Shown here one piece after another: positions 38,620-47,443 of a stretch of DNA of 64,000 nucleotides (position 1 is the stretch's first letter; every line of letters begins with the position of its first letter). The stretch covers positions 712,008 to 776,007 of the forward strand of contig JBFWNU010000001.1 in NCBI GenBank assembly GCA_050250895.1, read 5' to 3'. The position numbers and the translations under genes were made by a program. Source of the DNA: Vulcanimicrobiota bacterium. Its GTDB lineage: Bacteria > Vulcanimicrobiota > Xenobia > Xenobiales > JADMJV01. The notes beneath the pieces are model-generated. The model saw nothing but the letters and a program-made list of their open reading frames with translations. It was not told where the DNA came from and ran no database searches.

Positions 38620-39740
38620 GAGCACTAGCCCTCTGGTTGGCCCTGGCCCTTCCGGCCTGCGCCCAGACCCTGCGCCTGGAGTTCGCACAAGAAGGCGACC
38701 CTCAGGTCCCTCGCGCCCTGATCATCGTGCACGACGCCCTCTCCAACCGAGCCGAGCTTTCCACCTTGCTCGAAGCCTGGGGCACCAAATCGTGGGCTCG
38801 CGACCAGTATTGCTCGGTCTATACCTTCGAATATCAGCGCCACGGCCTGTTCGACCTCGAGTCGAGCGAGCGGTTGGCCAAGAGCCTTCTGGCCCAGGCG
38901 CGGGCCGACTCGTTTGACGCGGGCGGCGGGGCTGACGAGGTCAATCCCTTTCGACGCACCCGACCGTCCGACCATCGCCAGCCCAGCCCCACCATCCGTC
39001 GTTGCCAGGAGCTGCTTTTGGTCGGCTTTGGCCAGGGCGGGCTGGTGGTCCGGCAGGTGGCCCGCATGGCCCCGGCGGCCAACCTGAAAGTGACCCGAGT
39101 GGCCTATGTCGGGACCCCGCTCGACGGCCTGGCCACCCTCGACCTCATCTTGACCCTGACCATCCCGGAACGCTGTGCCCCGATGGGGTTGGTGAGGCCG
39201 CTTGCTCCTGACGAACTCGAGCGCCTTTCGGATAGCTGGTGGGAGCTGACTCGATTGTTCGACTATCGGCGGGGCTGGGCCACCTATTTCACCCCCGCTT
39301 ATCAAGAGATCAAGTCGATGGCCCTGCTGGGAGACTACCCCCGCCCTCTTCACCCCACCGACAACGTCCTCTATGGCCGCAACCATCGCGTCAGCCTCGA
39401 CGGCCAGGGCTCGGACGGGCTGGTGCCAACCAGCCTGGCCAGAGGCACCAAGAACGGCCCTGTCGCGCTGGTGGCCGAACAGACGCTGTCCTCGGTACAC
39501 CACCGCCAGCTGAGTGAGCGGGCCGCCGACTTCCTGTTCAAGGAGTTGCTCGACCGGGAGGTGACCTGGGACTACCTCTGGCGCCGCGAAGGCATCGAGG
39601 CCTTCGTGCGAGGACGCGGCTTTGACCCGATCGGCACCTACTGGGATGAGCGCGACAACCAATACACCCAACCCCAATGGCGCGAGGCCTACGCCACCAA
39701 GAAGAGCCTTTACGAGATGATGTGGGGGGTGGCCCCATGA
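38616..39740 (+). CDS. Secreted alpha/beta-hydrolase-fold protein lacking the catalytic Ser
   Basis: Signal peptide; LIIVHD, LLVGFGQGGLVVR (versus VGHSMGGLVAR), YVGTPLDG, SDGLVP, VHH. Confidence 0.65.
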   Translation: MRALALWLALALPACAQTLRLEFAQEGDPQVPRALIIVHDALSNRAELSTLLEAWGTKSWARDQYCSVYTFEYQRHGLFDLESSERLAKSLLAQARADSFDAGGGADEVNPFRRTRPSDHRQPSPTIRRCQELLLVGFGQGGLVVRQVARMAPAANLKVTRVAYVGTPLDGLATLDLILTLTIPERCAPMGLVRPLAPDELERLSDSWWELTRLFDYRRGWATYFTPAYQEIKSMALLGDYPRPLHPTDNVLYGRNHRVSLDGQGSDGLVPTSLARGTKNGPVALVAEQTLSSVHHRQLSERAADFLFKELLDREVTWDYLWRREGIEAFVRGRGFDPIGTYWDERDNQYTQPQWREAYATKKSLYEMMWGVAP

Positions 39741-40081
39741 AGAACCGAGCTTTCGCCCTGGCCTCGTTTCTGGTGCTGGTTCCCATCTTGACGGCCATGG
39801 CCTGGGCCTTTCTCGAATTCTCGGCCTTCGCCCGCAAAGAAGCCCTGGTGCAAGAACGGCGGGTGCGGGCTTACCAGGCCGCCGAGGCCGGCCTTCGCTA
39901 CTATCGGATCTCCGGACAACCCATCGAATTCGAACTCAACGACTGCGCGGTGACGGTCTCCCAGCAAGATGCACTGGTCCGCTCCCAAGCCCGGGACCAG
40001 CGCAGTCGGGTCAGCGTGACCATCGCGCTCGAGACCTCCGGCGGCACGGTGGTGAGGAGGTCCTGCAGTGAGACCTACTAG
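39737..40081 (+). CDS. Small PilX/GspK-like minor pilin
   Basis: MKNRA|FALASFLVLV hydrophobic helix; RAYQAAEAGL PilX-N motif. Confidence 0.7.
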   Translation: MKNRAFALASFLVLVPILTAMAWAFLEFSAFARKEALVQERRVRAYQAAEAGLRYYRISGQPIEFELNDCAVTVSQQDALVRSQARDQRSRVSVTIALETSGGTVVRRSCSETY

Positions 40082-40415
40082 AGCCTTCAGCTTGCTCGAG
40101 ATGGTAATGGCCATTTTTTTGGTGGCCCTGGTGCTGGCCATGCTGGGCCAGATCATTCCCCTGGCCCGCCTTGGGGCCCGCCAGGCTGAGCGCCAGCTGG
40201 GGGGAGCCCTGCTGGCCCAGAACGTGCTCGAGACCTATCTGGTCGAGCCCGCCGAGAAGTGGCCGGCCGATCCCTTTCACCCCGAGGCCGGACCCCAGCT
40301 GGCCAGGCTCGAGCGCCTGCCCTGGCAGAACCGTCCGGAAATCACACTGGCGCGGGTGACCATCCTCAACGGCGACGAAGAAATCTACCGATTGGAGACC
40401 CTCATCATCCCATGA
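40068..40415 (+). CDS. Type IV pilin-like protein (PilV-like)
   Basis: RA|FSLLEMVMAI class III signal. Confidence 0.8.
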   Translation: MRPTRAFSLLEMVMAIFLVALVLAMLGQIIPLARLGARQAERQLGGALLAQNVLETYLVEPAEKWPADPFHPEAGPQLARLERLPWQNRPEITLARVTILNGDEEIYRLETLIIP

Positions 40416-40921
40416 GTAACCAACGCGCCCATACGCTGGCCGAGATCCTGGTGGCAGCCGCTCTCTTCTCGGTCTTTCTGGTGGTCTCGAGCAGCCTCTT
40501 CGTGGGCGTGCTGCGCATCGCCGAGCGTGAACAAAAGCCCGCCAGCCGCAAGGTAGAGGCCCGAACCGCCGCTTTGCGGATAGCCGCCAGCTTGCGTAAC
40601 TGTGAGCAACTGCTGGACCCGCCCCTCTCCGAGCTGCTCAAGACGCCCTCCGATCACGTCTTGTTGCGTGATGCCTCGCGCCAAATCACCCTCGGCTATC
40701 GCCTCGACCGCGGCTTGCTGCAAGAGATCGTCTATCGACCCGACTACGACCCGGCCAACGCCGAGACCCACAAACCCGAGCGGATCAAGCCCCTGGGCAA
40801 GCTCGAGGCTTTGCAGGTGTCGAGCGGAGGCTACTACTACCCTACTCGGATCGAAGTGCGCTTGACCCCCCTGCAACTGGAGCCGGTGCGGGCCGTCACC
40901 AACTTTCGGGAGGCGATATGA
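40412..40921 (+). CDS. Type IV pilin-like protein (PilW/GspJ-like)
   Basis: MSNQRA|HTLAEILVAAALF class III-like signal; ATGA coupling. Confidence 0.75.
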   Translation: MSNQRAHTLAEILVAAALFSVFLVVSSSLFVGVLRIAEREQKPASRKVEARTAALRIAASLRNCEQLLDPPLSELLKTPSDHVLLRDASRQITLGYRLDRGLLQEIVYRPDYDPANAETHKPERIKPLGKLEALQVSSGGYYYPTRIEVRLTPLQLEPVRAVTNFREAI

Positions 40922-41952
40922 AAGCCATCTACCTGGTCTATTGGTTTCGCCAGCTGGCCGTCCTGCAGGCATGCGGCATTCCGCTGGTGGCCAGCCTCGA
41001 GGTAGTGGGTCGCCAGAGTGCCAGTCCTCGGTTGGGAGAGGTCTCGCAAGAGCTGATCGGCAACCTGCGTCGCGGCCTCAAGCTCTCGGCTGCCATGGCC
41101 GAACTGGGCCACCCCTTCGCCCCGGTCCACCTGGGGGCGGTCCAGGTTGGCGAGTATCAGGGGGACCTGGCCGTCATTTTCGAGCGACTGGCCGACCACG
41201 AAGAGGCCCAAGACCGCCTACGCCAACGATTGGTCTCGGCCCTCACCTATCCCCTCCTGGTGCTGGCCCTGTCGGCCCTGGGGCTGTACCTGCTGGTGCG
41301 CTTGCTGGCCCCGGTGCTGGCCAACTTGAGCGCCCAGCTCGAGGGAACTCCCAGCCGGACTTTGCAAATACTGACCGGCCTGGGTGGCTTACTCGAGCGA
41401 GACGGACTGGTGCTGGCTCTGCTCATCGCGTTGGTGGTGCTGGTTCGGGCGGCGGCCGCCCGGCTCTGGGTTCATCGACGTCAAAACCTGGAGCGTCTGG
41501 CCCTGACCTTACCGCTGGTGGGCAAGATGTTCCACCGCAGCTTTCTAGTGCGCTCCTGCCGAACCCTCGAGACCATGCTGCGAGCCGGCCTGCCCCTGAC
41601 CGAAGCCTTGCGGCTGGCCGGGGTTAGTAGCGGCTGCCTACTACTGGATGAACAGGTCTTTGGCGAGGCCGAACGGCGGGTGCGTCAGGGCGAGAGCCTG
41701 GCCCAAGCCTTCCAGGGGCGTCCCTGGCTGCCTCGCAGCTTCACCGGAATGGTGGTGGCCGGACAAGAGAGCGGCTCTCTCGAAGTAATCTTTGGAAAGC
41801 TCAGCAGTCTTTATGAAATCGAGTTGCAGACAGCGGTCGAGTCTTTTCTGGCGGCGCTCGAGCCGCTGGCCATCGCGGTGGTTGGCTCGGTGGTACTGGT
41901 CGTCTTGCTGGGTGCCTTTTTGCCCCTTTACCAACTGGTGGCGGTCCTCTAG
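40918..41952 (+). CDS. pilC: PilC/GspF-family platform protein (second paralog)
   Basis: FRQLAVLQACGIPL, VGEYQGDL, ALTYP, AGQESGSL, LEPL, FLPLY. Confidence 0.88.
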   Translation: MKAIYLVYWFRQLAVLQACGIPLVASLEVVGRQSASPRLGEVSQELIGNLRRGLKLSAAMAELGHPFAPVHLGAVQVGEYQGDLAVIFERLADHEEAQDRLRQRLVSALTYPLLVLALSALGLYLLVRLLAPVLANLSAQLEGTPSRTLQILTGLGGLLERDGLVLALLIALVVLVRAAAARLWVHRRQNLERLALTLPLVGKMFHRSFLVRSCRTLETMLRAGLPLTEALRLAGVSSGCLLLDEQVFGEAERRVRQGESLAQAFQGRPWLPRSFTGMVVAGQESGSLEVIFGKLSSLYEIELQTAVESFLAALEPLAIAVVGSVVLVVLLGAFLPLYQLVAVL

Positions 41953-42540
41953 ATGAACCTGACCTTCTCTCTCGAACCGCTGGCCGTGAGCGGTGACCGG
42001 GTTACCCCGACCGATGAGCGCGAAGAGGTGCGCCGGTTGGTCTTGCGCCTGCAGGACGGAGACCGGGCCGCCCTCACGCCCCTGATCGAAAAGACCCAGG
42101 CCAGCGCCTATCGCATCGGTTACTCGGTGGCTCAAGACCATCATCTATGCCAGGATGCCGTCCAGGACGCCTACATCTCGTTGTTGCAAAACATCAAACA
42201 GCTCCGCGACCCCTCCGCCTTCGTCAGCTGGTTCACCCGCATCGTGGTCAATCGCTGCAAGCGCTTGCTCAAGCAACGCCGCCCTGCCTCCTTGACCGAA
42301 GTGGTCGAGCAGGGCAAAGGTCCATCCACCGACGGCCTCGAGGAGAAAGCCGGCCGGCGGCTGCAACTCAAGAAAGCCCTGCTGAGACTGACCGACACCG
42401 ATCGCACCATTCTGGCCCTGCGCGAAGTGCAGGGCTATAGCTATGAGGAGATCGCCACCATTCTCGACATTCCCCTGGGAACGGTCAAGTCGAGAGTAGC
42501 CAATGCTCGAAGGAGGCTGATCCAGGCTTATGACATGTGA
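41953..42540 (+). CDS. ECF RNA polymerase sigma-70 factor
   Basis: DAVQDAY, FVSWFTRIVVN (region 2); GYSYEEIATILDIPLGTVKSRV (region 4). Confidence 0.92.
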   Translation: MNLTFSLEPLAVSGDRVTPTDEREEVRRLVLRLQDGDRAALTPLIEKTQASAYRIGYSVAQDHHLCQDAVQDAYISLLQNIKQLRDPSAFVSWFTRIVVNRCKRLLKQRRPASLTEVVEQGKGPSTDGLEEKAGRRLQLKKALLRLTDTDRTILALREVQGYSYEEIATILDIPLGTVKSRVANARRRLIQAYDM

Positions 42541-44677
42541 TCAGTGCTTTGAATCCCTGTCGGCGCAGCTTGACGGCCAGCTGGCCGGAGCCGAGCAAGA
42601 GGCCATGGACAGCCATCTCGAAAGCTGTCACTACTGCCAGACCATGCGCGACCGGATGTTCGAACTCTCGGGTCAGCTCAGGACTCAGTCTTTTCCGGCC
42701 ACTTCTGCCGAGACGGCCGCTCAGCTTTCGAAGCTGGCACTCGAGCAGGCCGGCCACCGCGGGGGGTGGTGGTGGGCTCGACTGGTGCGCGCCCCCGACG
42801 AGCTCGGCTGGTTGGGCACGTCGATTCGGTTGCTGCTGTTCACCTTCGTCACCTGGATGAGCGTCCTCAACCTGTTGCGAGACTGGGCCGTGCCGGCCTT
42901 CGAAAAAGGCGAATTGGTGGCCCGGGAAAGCTTTGCCCAGGCCCAGAGCTGGTCTCAATTCACTTCGTGGGCGAGTCTGCCCGCGTGGGCACCTGCCCTG
43001 GTCTTGCTGGTGGGAGCCTGGACCTTCGGCCTGCCCACTCTGCTCGGCGAACTGTGGAACGAGCCGCGAGTCAAGCCGGGTCGACCCATCCGATTGGCTC
43101 TGGGTCTGATGTTGATGGCTCCCGTGGCGGCTTTTCCTCGGCTGGCCCAGCTCAATCCGGCCGGCTTCGTGACGATGACCTGCGGGTGGGCCGGACTCGC
43201 CCTCGGACTCGGCTTTCTGCTGGTGCTGGTCAAGACTCCTCGCAGCCTACCCCAGCTGGCCCTGGACTTCGTGTGCCTGGTGCCACTGCTGGCCGGGCTG
43301 GAGTGGTTAGTGCGCCAGGCGGGTCGCCACGCCCCCGGCCCCGAGCAACTCGAGCCAGCTCTGCATCTTTTGCTGGCTCACGTCGACTTCCAACGGCTAG
43401 TCTGGTGGAGCCTGGCGATGGCGCTGGCGGTGGCCCTGGGAGTAGCGGCCGCGACCTCCCTGGCCAGCGCCGGGCGCGGAACCTGGTTCGAAGCCACCGT
43501 GCTGGGAGGCCTGGGTCTGGCCCTGGGGCTGGCTGGCCTGCATCAAATCAAGACTGCTCTTCCCCACGGTTCGCCACGGTTGGCCGAGGCCGACCAGCGG
43601 CGCGTGCTGGTGCTGGCTCCCGACCCTGACAATCGCTGGTTGGTGAGCGCTCGCGCCTATCCGCGGCTCGAGCTTGAGGGCTCGCCGGGGCACGACCTTT
43701 TGGGTCACAACCTGCGGCTGGCCCAGGCGGTCCTGGACTGGAACGAGCAAGCCGTTAGTGAGGAGGTCAGCCAGTGGGTGCGTGGCCCTGGCATCGATTG
43801 GGGTCTGGCCGGTTTTCTCGATGGGCTGGGAGAACGCCGCCAGGGACGGCTGGTGATGCCCACCACCCAACGTCGACTCCTGGCCGAAGAAGTACTCGAG
43901 CGCACCCATTGGCGCGGGATCGATGCGGTCGAGAAAGCCAGCTCGGGAACCACCGTCGAGGGCAAGCTGCAAGTGGCCCACGCCCAACCCACCCGGGTGC
44001 GACTGATACCCGAAGCGATCGGCCCCACCCTCGAGCTTCTGGCTCGGGAACAAGCTCAAGCTCGCCAGTTAGGGCAGGTGGTCATCCCTAGACCGCTGCC
44101 ACTTGCCTCCCAGACCCGCTTCGCCGAGGTCGACGAGCAGGGACGATTTCGCTTCGAGGCCGTCGCCCCAGGCCGCTACCTGATGGCCGTGTTGCTAGAT
44201 GGTCCGGCCGATTTCACCGTCCACTCCAGTCTGCCGGGGCAATTCGAGGTCGGCCCTCGACCTCTGGATTTGGGCGACATCGTTCTGACCCGCGCCCATT
44301 CGGAGCTGGAACTGAGCCTGGAGCCCGAGAGCTGGACGCCCGAGGGCAAGGTCGGCTTTCTGGCCGGTTCCGAGGGCCCTTATCTACGCCTCGAAACCGG
44401 CGCCTCGGCCTCCCGCTTCCTCGGCACCGTTCCCTATCTGGGCAAGACGGTTCGCTTTCAGCTGGTGAGTCGAGGCCGAGGGCGCTTGCGGGTCGGTCTC
44501 TATACCAAAGAGGCCGGACTCAAGGCCGAACAGACTTGCCGGCTCGAGGGAGACCGCAGCGTGCACGAGGTGGAACTCGAAGCGGGGTCGATGCCGGGCT
44601 ACTTTCGGGTCAGCCTGGAAAGTGACGAAGAACTGGTCGTCTACGGAGCCCGCCTGGAGGTCGCCGCCGATGACTGA
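42530..44677 (+). CDS. Zinc-finger (zf-HC2) anti-sigma factor with multiple TM helices and large extracytoplasmic region
   Basis: MTCDQC..LSAQLDG..HLESCHYC; about 7-8 TM segments; DEQGRFRFEAVAPGRY beta-sandwich motif. Confidence 0.82.
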   Translation: MTCDQCFESLSAQLDGQLAGAEQEAMDSHLESCHYCQTMRDRMFELSGQLRTQSFPATSAETAAQLSKLALEQAGHRGGWWWARLVRAPDELGWLGTSIRLLLFTFVTWMSVLNLLRDWAVPAFEKGELVARESFAQAQSWSQFTSWASLPAWAPALVLLVGAWTFGLPTLLGELWNEPRVKPGRPIRLALGLMLMAPVAAFPRLAQLNPAGFVTMTCGWAGLALGLGFLLVLVKTPRSLPQLALDFVCLVPLLAGLEWLVRQAGRHAPGPEQLEPALHLLLAHVDFQRLVWWSLAMALAVALGVAAATSLASAGRGTWFEATVLGGLGLALGLAGLHQIKTALPHGSPRLAEADQRRVLVLAPDPDNRWLVSARAYPRLELEGSPGHDLLGHNLRLAQAVLDWNEQAVSEEVSQWVRGPGIDWGLAGFLDGLGERRQGRLVMPTTQRRLLAEEVLERTHWRGIDAVEKASSGTTVEGKLQVAHAQPTRVRLIPEAIGPTLELLAREQAQARQLGQVVIPRPLPLASQTRFAEVDEQGRFRFEAVAPGRYLMAVLLDGPADFTVHSSLPGQFEVGPRPLDLGDIVLTRAHSELELSLEPESWTPEGKVGFLAGSEGPYLRLETGASASRFLGTVPYLGKTVRFQLVSRGRGRLRVGLYTKEAGLKAEQTCRLEGDRSVHEVELEAGSMPGYFRVSLESDEELVVYGARLEVAADD

Positions 44678-45968
44678 ACTCGCCCCCGGCACCCTGCTCG
44701 AGGGTCGCTACACCATCGTGGAACGGATCGCCTCGGGAGGCATGAGCACCGTCTACGAGGTGCGCGACCGGCGGCTTCCCGGCCGGCTCGTAGCCAAGCA
44801 AATGCGTCACGTGGTGCTGGGCAACGTGGCCAAAGAGCAGCTCGAGCAGCTCTTTCGACGCGAAGCCGAGGTTCTCTCGAGACTGAGCCACCCCAACCTG
44901 CCCAAAGTGACCGACTACTTCGAGAGCGATGGTCATCGCTATCTGGTCGAAGAGTTCGTCGAAGGCAAGACCCTGGAAGCCCGTGCCCGCGCCAATCTGA
45001 AAGAGAGTCAGGTGGTGGGATGGGCCCTTCAGATCTGTGGGGCCCTGCAGTATCTGCACGACCACGGCATCATCTATCGGGATCTCAAGCCCTCGAACGT
45101 GATGGTCACCGACGACGACGACATTCGCCTGATCGATTTTGGACTGGTTCGCTTCTACACCCTGGGCAAGGCCCAGGACACCGTCATCATGGGCACGCCC
45201 GGCTACGCGGCCCCCGAGCAATATGGTATGGGCCAGACCGACCCGCGCTCGGACATCTTCTCGCTGGGGGCCCTGATGCATCACCTGCTGACCGGTCACG
45301 ACCCCAGCTCGCGCCCCTTCGTCTTTGCCCCGCCCCGCCAACTCAACCCGCTGGTGTCTGAACATATCGACTTTGCCGTGCGCAAGGCCGTGCAGACCGA
45401 TCCCGAGCTGCGCTTTGAGTCGGCCGAGGCCATGGAGCAAGCCCTGCGCGGCCAGCGACCTGTCCCTCCTCAGGGCGAGCGCTTTGCTTTCGGTATCGAG
45501 GCCGAATCGCCCCGCTCCACCGTCGCCGCCAGTTTGGCCTGCCTGGGGGCAGGCGCCTTCGCCTGGATGGTGCTGGGCACGACCCCCGTCACCGCCTGCG
45601 TTACCCTGGGCTTCACCCCTTTGTGGTTGCTGACTCTGTGGCGGCGCTACTTCGAGCAGAAGCGGCTGGCCCGCACGGTCATTCGCCTCGAGCGAGACGG
45701 CATCGTCTTGCTCGAGGGGGGCGACATGGGTCGCTGGACCTGGAACCAGGTCAACGAAGTGCGCTTCGAGCATCGCCGCTTCGACCTGACGCCGATGCTG
45801 GTGATCAAGCTCGGCGAACGCTACCTGCGCCTGCCCATCGGTCCCCCCGAAGTGCTCGAGAATCTGTCGGAATTACGCGGTCTGATAGGCGCCGACCGCC
45901 TCAGCCGGGTCATCATCGATCGCGCCAATCTCGAGCTGAGTGAACCGGGCGGCCGCATCTACCGTTGA
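44670..45968 (+). CDS. Hanks-type Ser/Thr protein kinase with C-terminal TM pair
   Basis: ASGGMSTVY, VAK, YRDLKPSN, IDFG, GTPGYAAPEQ, SDIFSLG. Confidence 0.93.
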   Translation: MTELAPGTLLEGRYTIVERIASGGMSTVYEVRDRRLPGRLVAKQMRHVVLGNVAKEQLEQLFRREAEVLSRLSHPNLPKVTDYFESDGHRYLVEEFVEGKTLEARARANLKESQVVGWALQICGALQYLHDHGIIYRDLKPSNVMVTDDDDIRLIDFGLVRFYTLGKAQDTVIMGTPGYAAPEQYGMGQTDPRSDIFSLGALMHHLLTGHDPSSRPFVFAPPRQLNPLVSEHIDFAVRKAVQTDPELRFESAEAMEQALRGQRPVPPQGERFAFGIEAESPRSTVAASLACLGAGAFAWMVLGTTPVTACVTLGFTPLWLLTLWRRYFEQKRLARTVIRLERDGIVLLEGGDMGRWTWNQVNEVRFEHRRFDLTPMLVIKLGERYLRLPIGPPEVLENLSELRGLIGADRLSRVIIDRANLELSEPGGRIYR

Positions 45969-46027
45969 GCTCCAGGAAGGATGTCGGTGCCCAGGCAGCG
46001 GAATAGTCGCTTTGTGGAGGACAGAAT

Positions 46028-46978
46028 ATGACTTTGCGAACCACTCTTGCCATGCTCACGCTGCTGGGGTTGCTGGCCGGCTGCAATCCTCAGACCGGCC
46101 CCGGCGCCAACACACCCGGCCAGACGGGCACACCGGTCGCCAACGAGACCGCCGCCGTCCCTTCCGATTGGGTCGAGTTCAAGTCGCCCGACGGCATGTT
46201 CTCCATCAAATCGCCCGGGCTGAACGTCCGCGAAAGTGAGGGCGACGAAGCCACCTATGTCTCTGAGGACAACAACTATACCGTCGTCGTCTATCCGTCA
46301 GACCGTGACGCCACTCCGGAAGACCAGCTCAAATACGCCCAGAAGAAGAGTCTCGAGGGGCTCGAAGGTGAACCCAAAGTTGCCTTCGACGATGAGGTCA
46401 ACTCGTTTCCGCGTCGCCAGTGGAGCGGGGACTTCAAGGCTGGCGATGCGGGCGTGCCGGTCGAGGGTGTAGCCGTGCTAGTAGGCGGCAAGAAGGTCCT
46501 CATCGCGACGGCTCGCAACAAGCCTCGCGAGGGCAAGGCCTTCGTCGACTCCCTCAAAATCCTGGTCGAGGGAGAACTGTGGCTCGACTTTGCTGACCCT
46601 GACGGCGTCTTCGAAGTCAAAGCTCCGTCTGTGCTCGACAGCCAGGACGCCAAAGACGGCAAAGTCTATTTTAGCCCAGACGGCTACGTGGTCAAGGTCA
46701 GTCCGCTTGACCTCAAAGGGAAATCCCCTGAGGAGTTCCTCAAGGGACTGGCCCCCCAGTATGCCAGCGCCAACAAGGGCAAGGTAGTCTCCGAAAAGGC
46801 TTTGAAAGTGGCGGGCCGGCCAGCCTATCGGTTTGGTTACGACGCTCCCTCGCCGGCCGATGCCACTAAAACGACCCACACCGATGTGCTGGCCGTGGCC
46901 GCCGAGAAACATCTGGTAGTAGCTATGACCTTCGGGGGCGACGCCGACCGGTTCTTCAACTCCCTGAACCTCAAGTAG
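46028..46978 (+). CDS. Lipoprotein with duplicated PsbP/DcrB-like domain
   Basis: Lipobox LAGC; internal duplicate WVEFKSPDGMFSIKSP / WLDFADPDGVFEVKAP. Confidence 0.75.
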   Translation: MTLRTTLAMLTLLGLLAGCNPQTGPGANTPGQTGTPVANETAAVPSDWVEFKSPDGMFSIKSPGLNVRESEGDEATYVSEDNNYTVVVYPSDRDATPEDQLKYAQKKSLEGLEGEPKVAFDDEVNSFPRRQWSGDFKAGDAGVPVEGVAVLVGGKKVLIATARNKPREGKAFVDSLKILVEGELWLDFADPDGVFEVKAPSVLDSQDAKDGKVYFSPDGYVVKVSPLDLKGKSPEEFLKGLAPQYASANKGKVVSEKALKVAGRPAYRFGYDAPSPADATKTTHTDVLAVAAEKHLVVAMTFGGDADRFFNSLNLK

Positions 46979-47439
46979 TGAAGGCAGACAAGCCACTCCC
47001 GAGACTGCTTGCCCGCCTGCTGGTCGGAGGGGTCTTCGTCTATGCGGGTGCGCCCAAGGTGGTCCACGTCGAGCAATTTGCTCTGGCCGTGAGCAACTAT
47101 CGACTGCTACCTGAGAATCTGGTCAGCCTGGTAGCCCTCATTGTCCCCTGGCTCGAGGTGGTGATAGGGGTCTGTCTGCTGGCCGGGCTACTGACGCGAG
47201 CGGCCGCCTGGCTGAGCGCGTTGCTCTCGGGCGCCTTCGCAGCGGCCGTCGCCTCGGCCGTCGTACGGGGGTTAGATATCGAGTGCGGATGCTTTAGTGG
47301 ACCGGCCCCGGTCGATTGGCCCCACGTGGGCTTCAACCTGCTGACTCTGGCTGTCTCACTCTATCTCGCCCGAGTGGGGGCCGGCGCCTGGTCGGCCGAT
47401 TGCCGCTGGCAACTCGACGAGACTCCCTTGGAAGACTGA
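46978..47439 (+). CDS. MauE/DoxX family redox-associated membrane protein
   Basis: RLLVGGVFVYAG.K, Y.LLP, PWLE, RGLDIECGCF. Confidence 0.85.
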   Translation: MKADKPLPRLLARLLVGGVFVYAGAPKVVHVEQFALAVSNYRLLPENLVSLVALIVPWLEVVIGVCLLAGLLTRAAAWLSALLSGAFAAAVASAVVRGLDIECGCFSGPAPVDWPHVGFNLLTLAVSLYLARVGAGAWSADCRWQLDETPLED

Positions 47440-47443
47440 GCCC

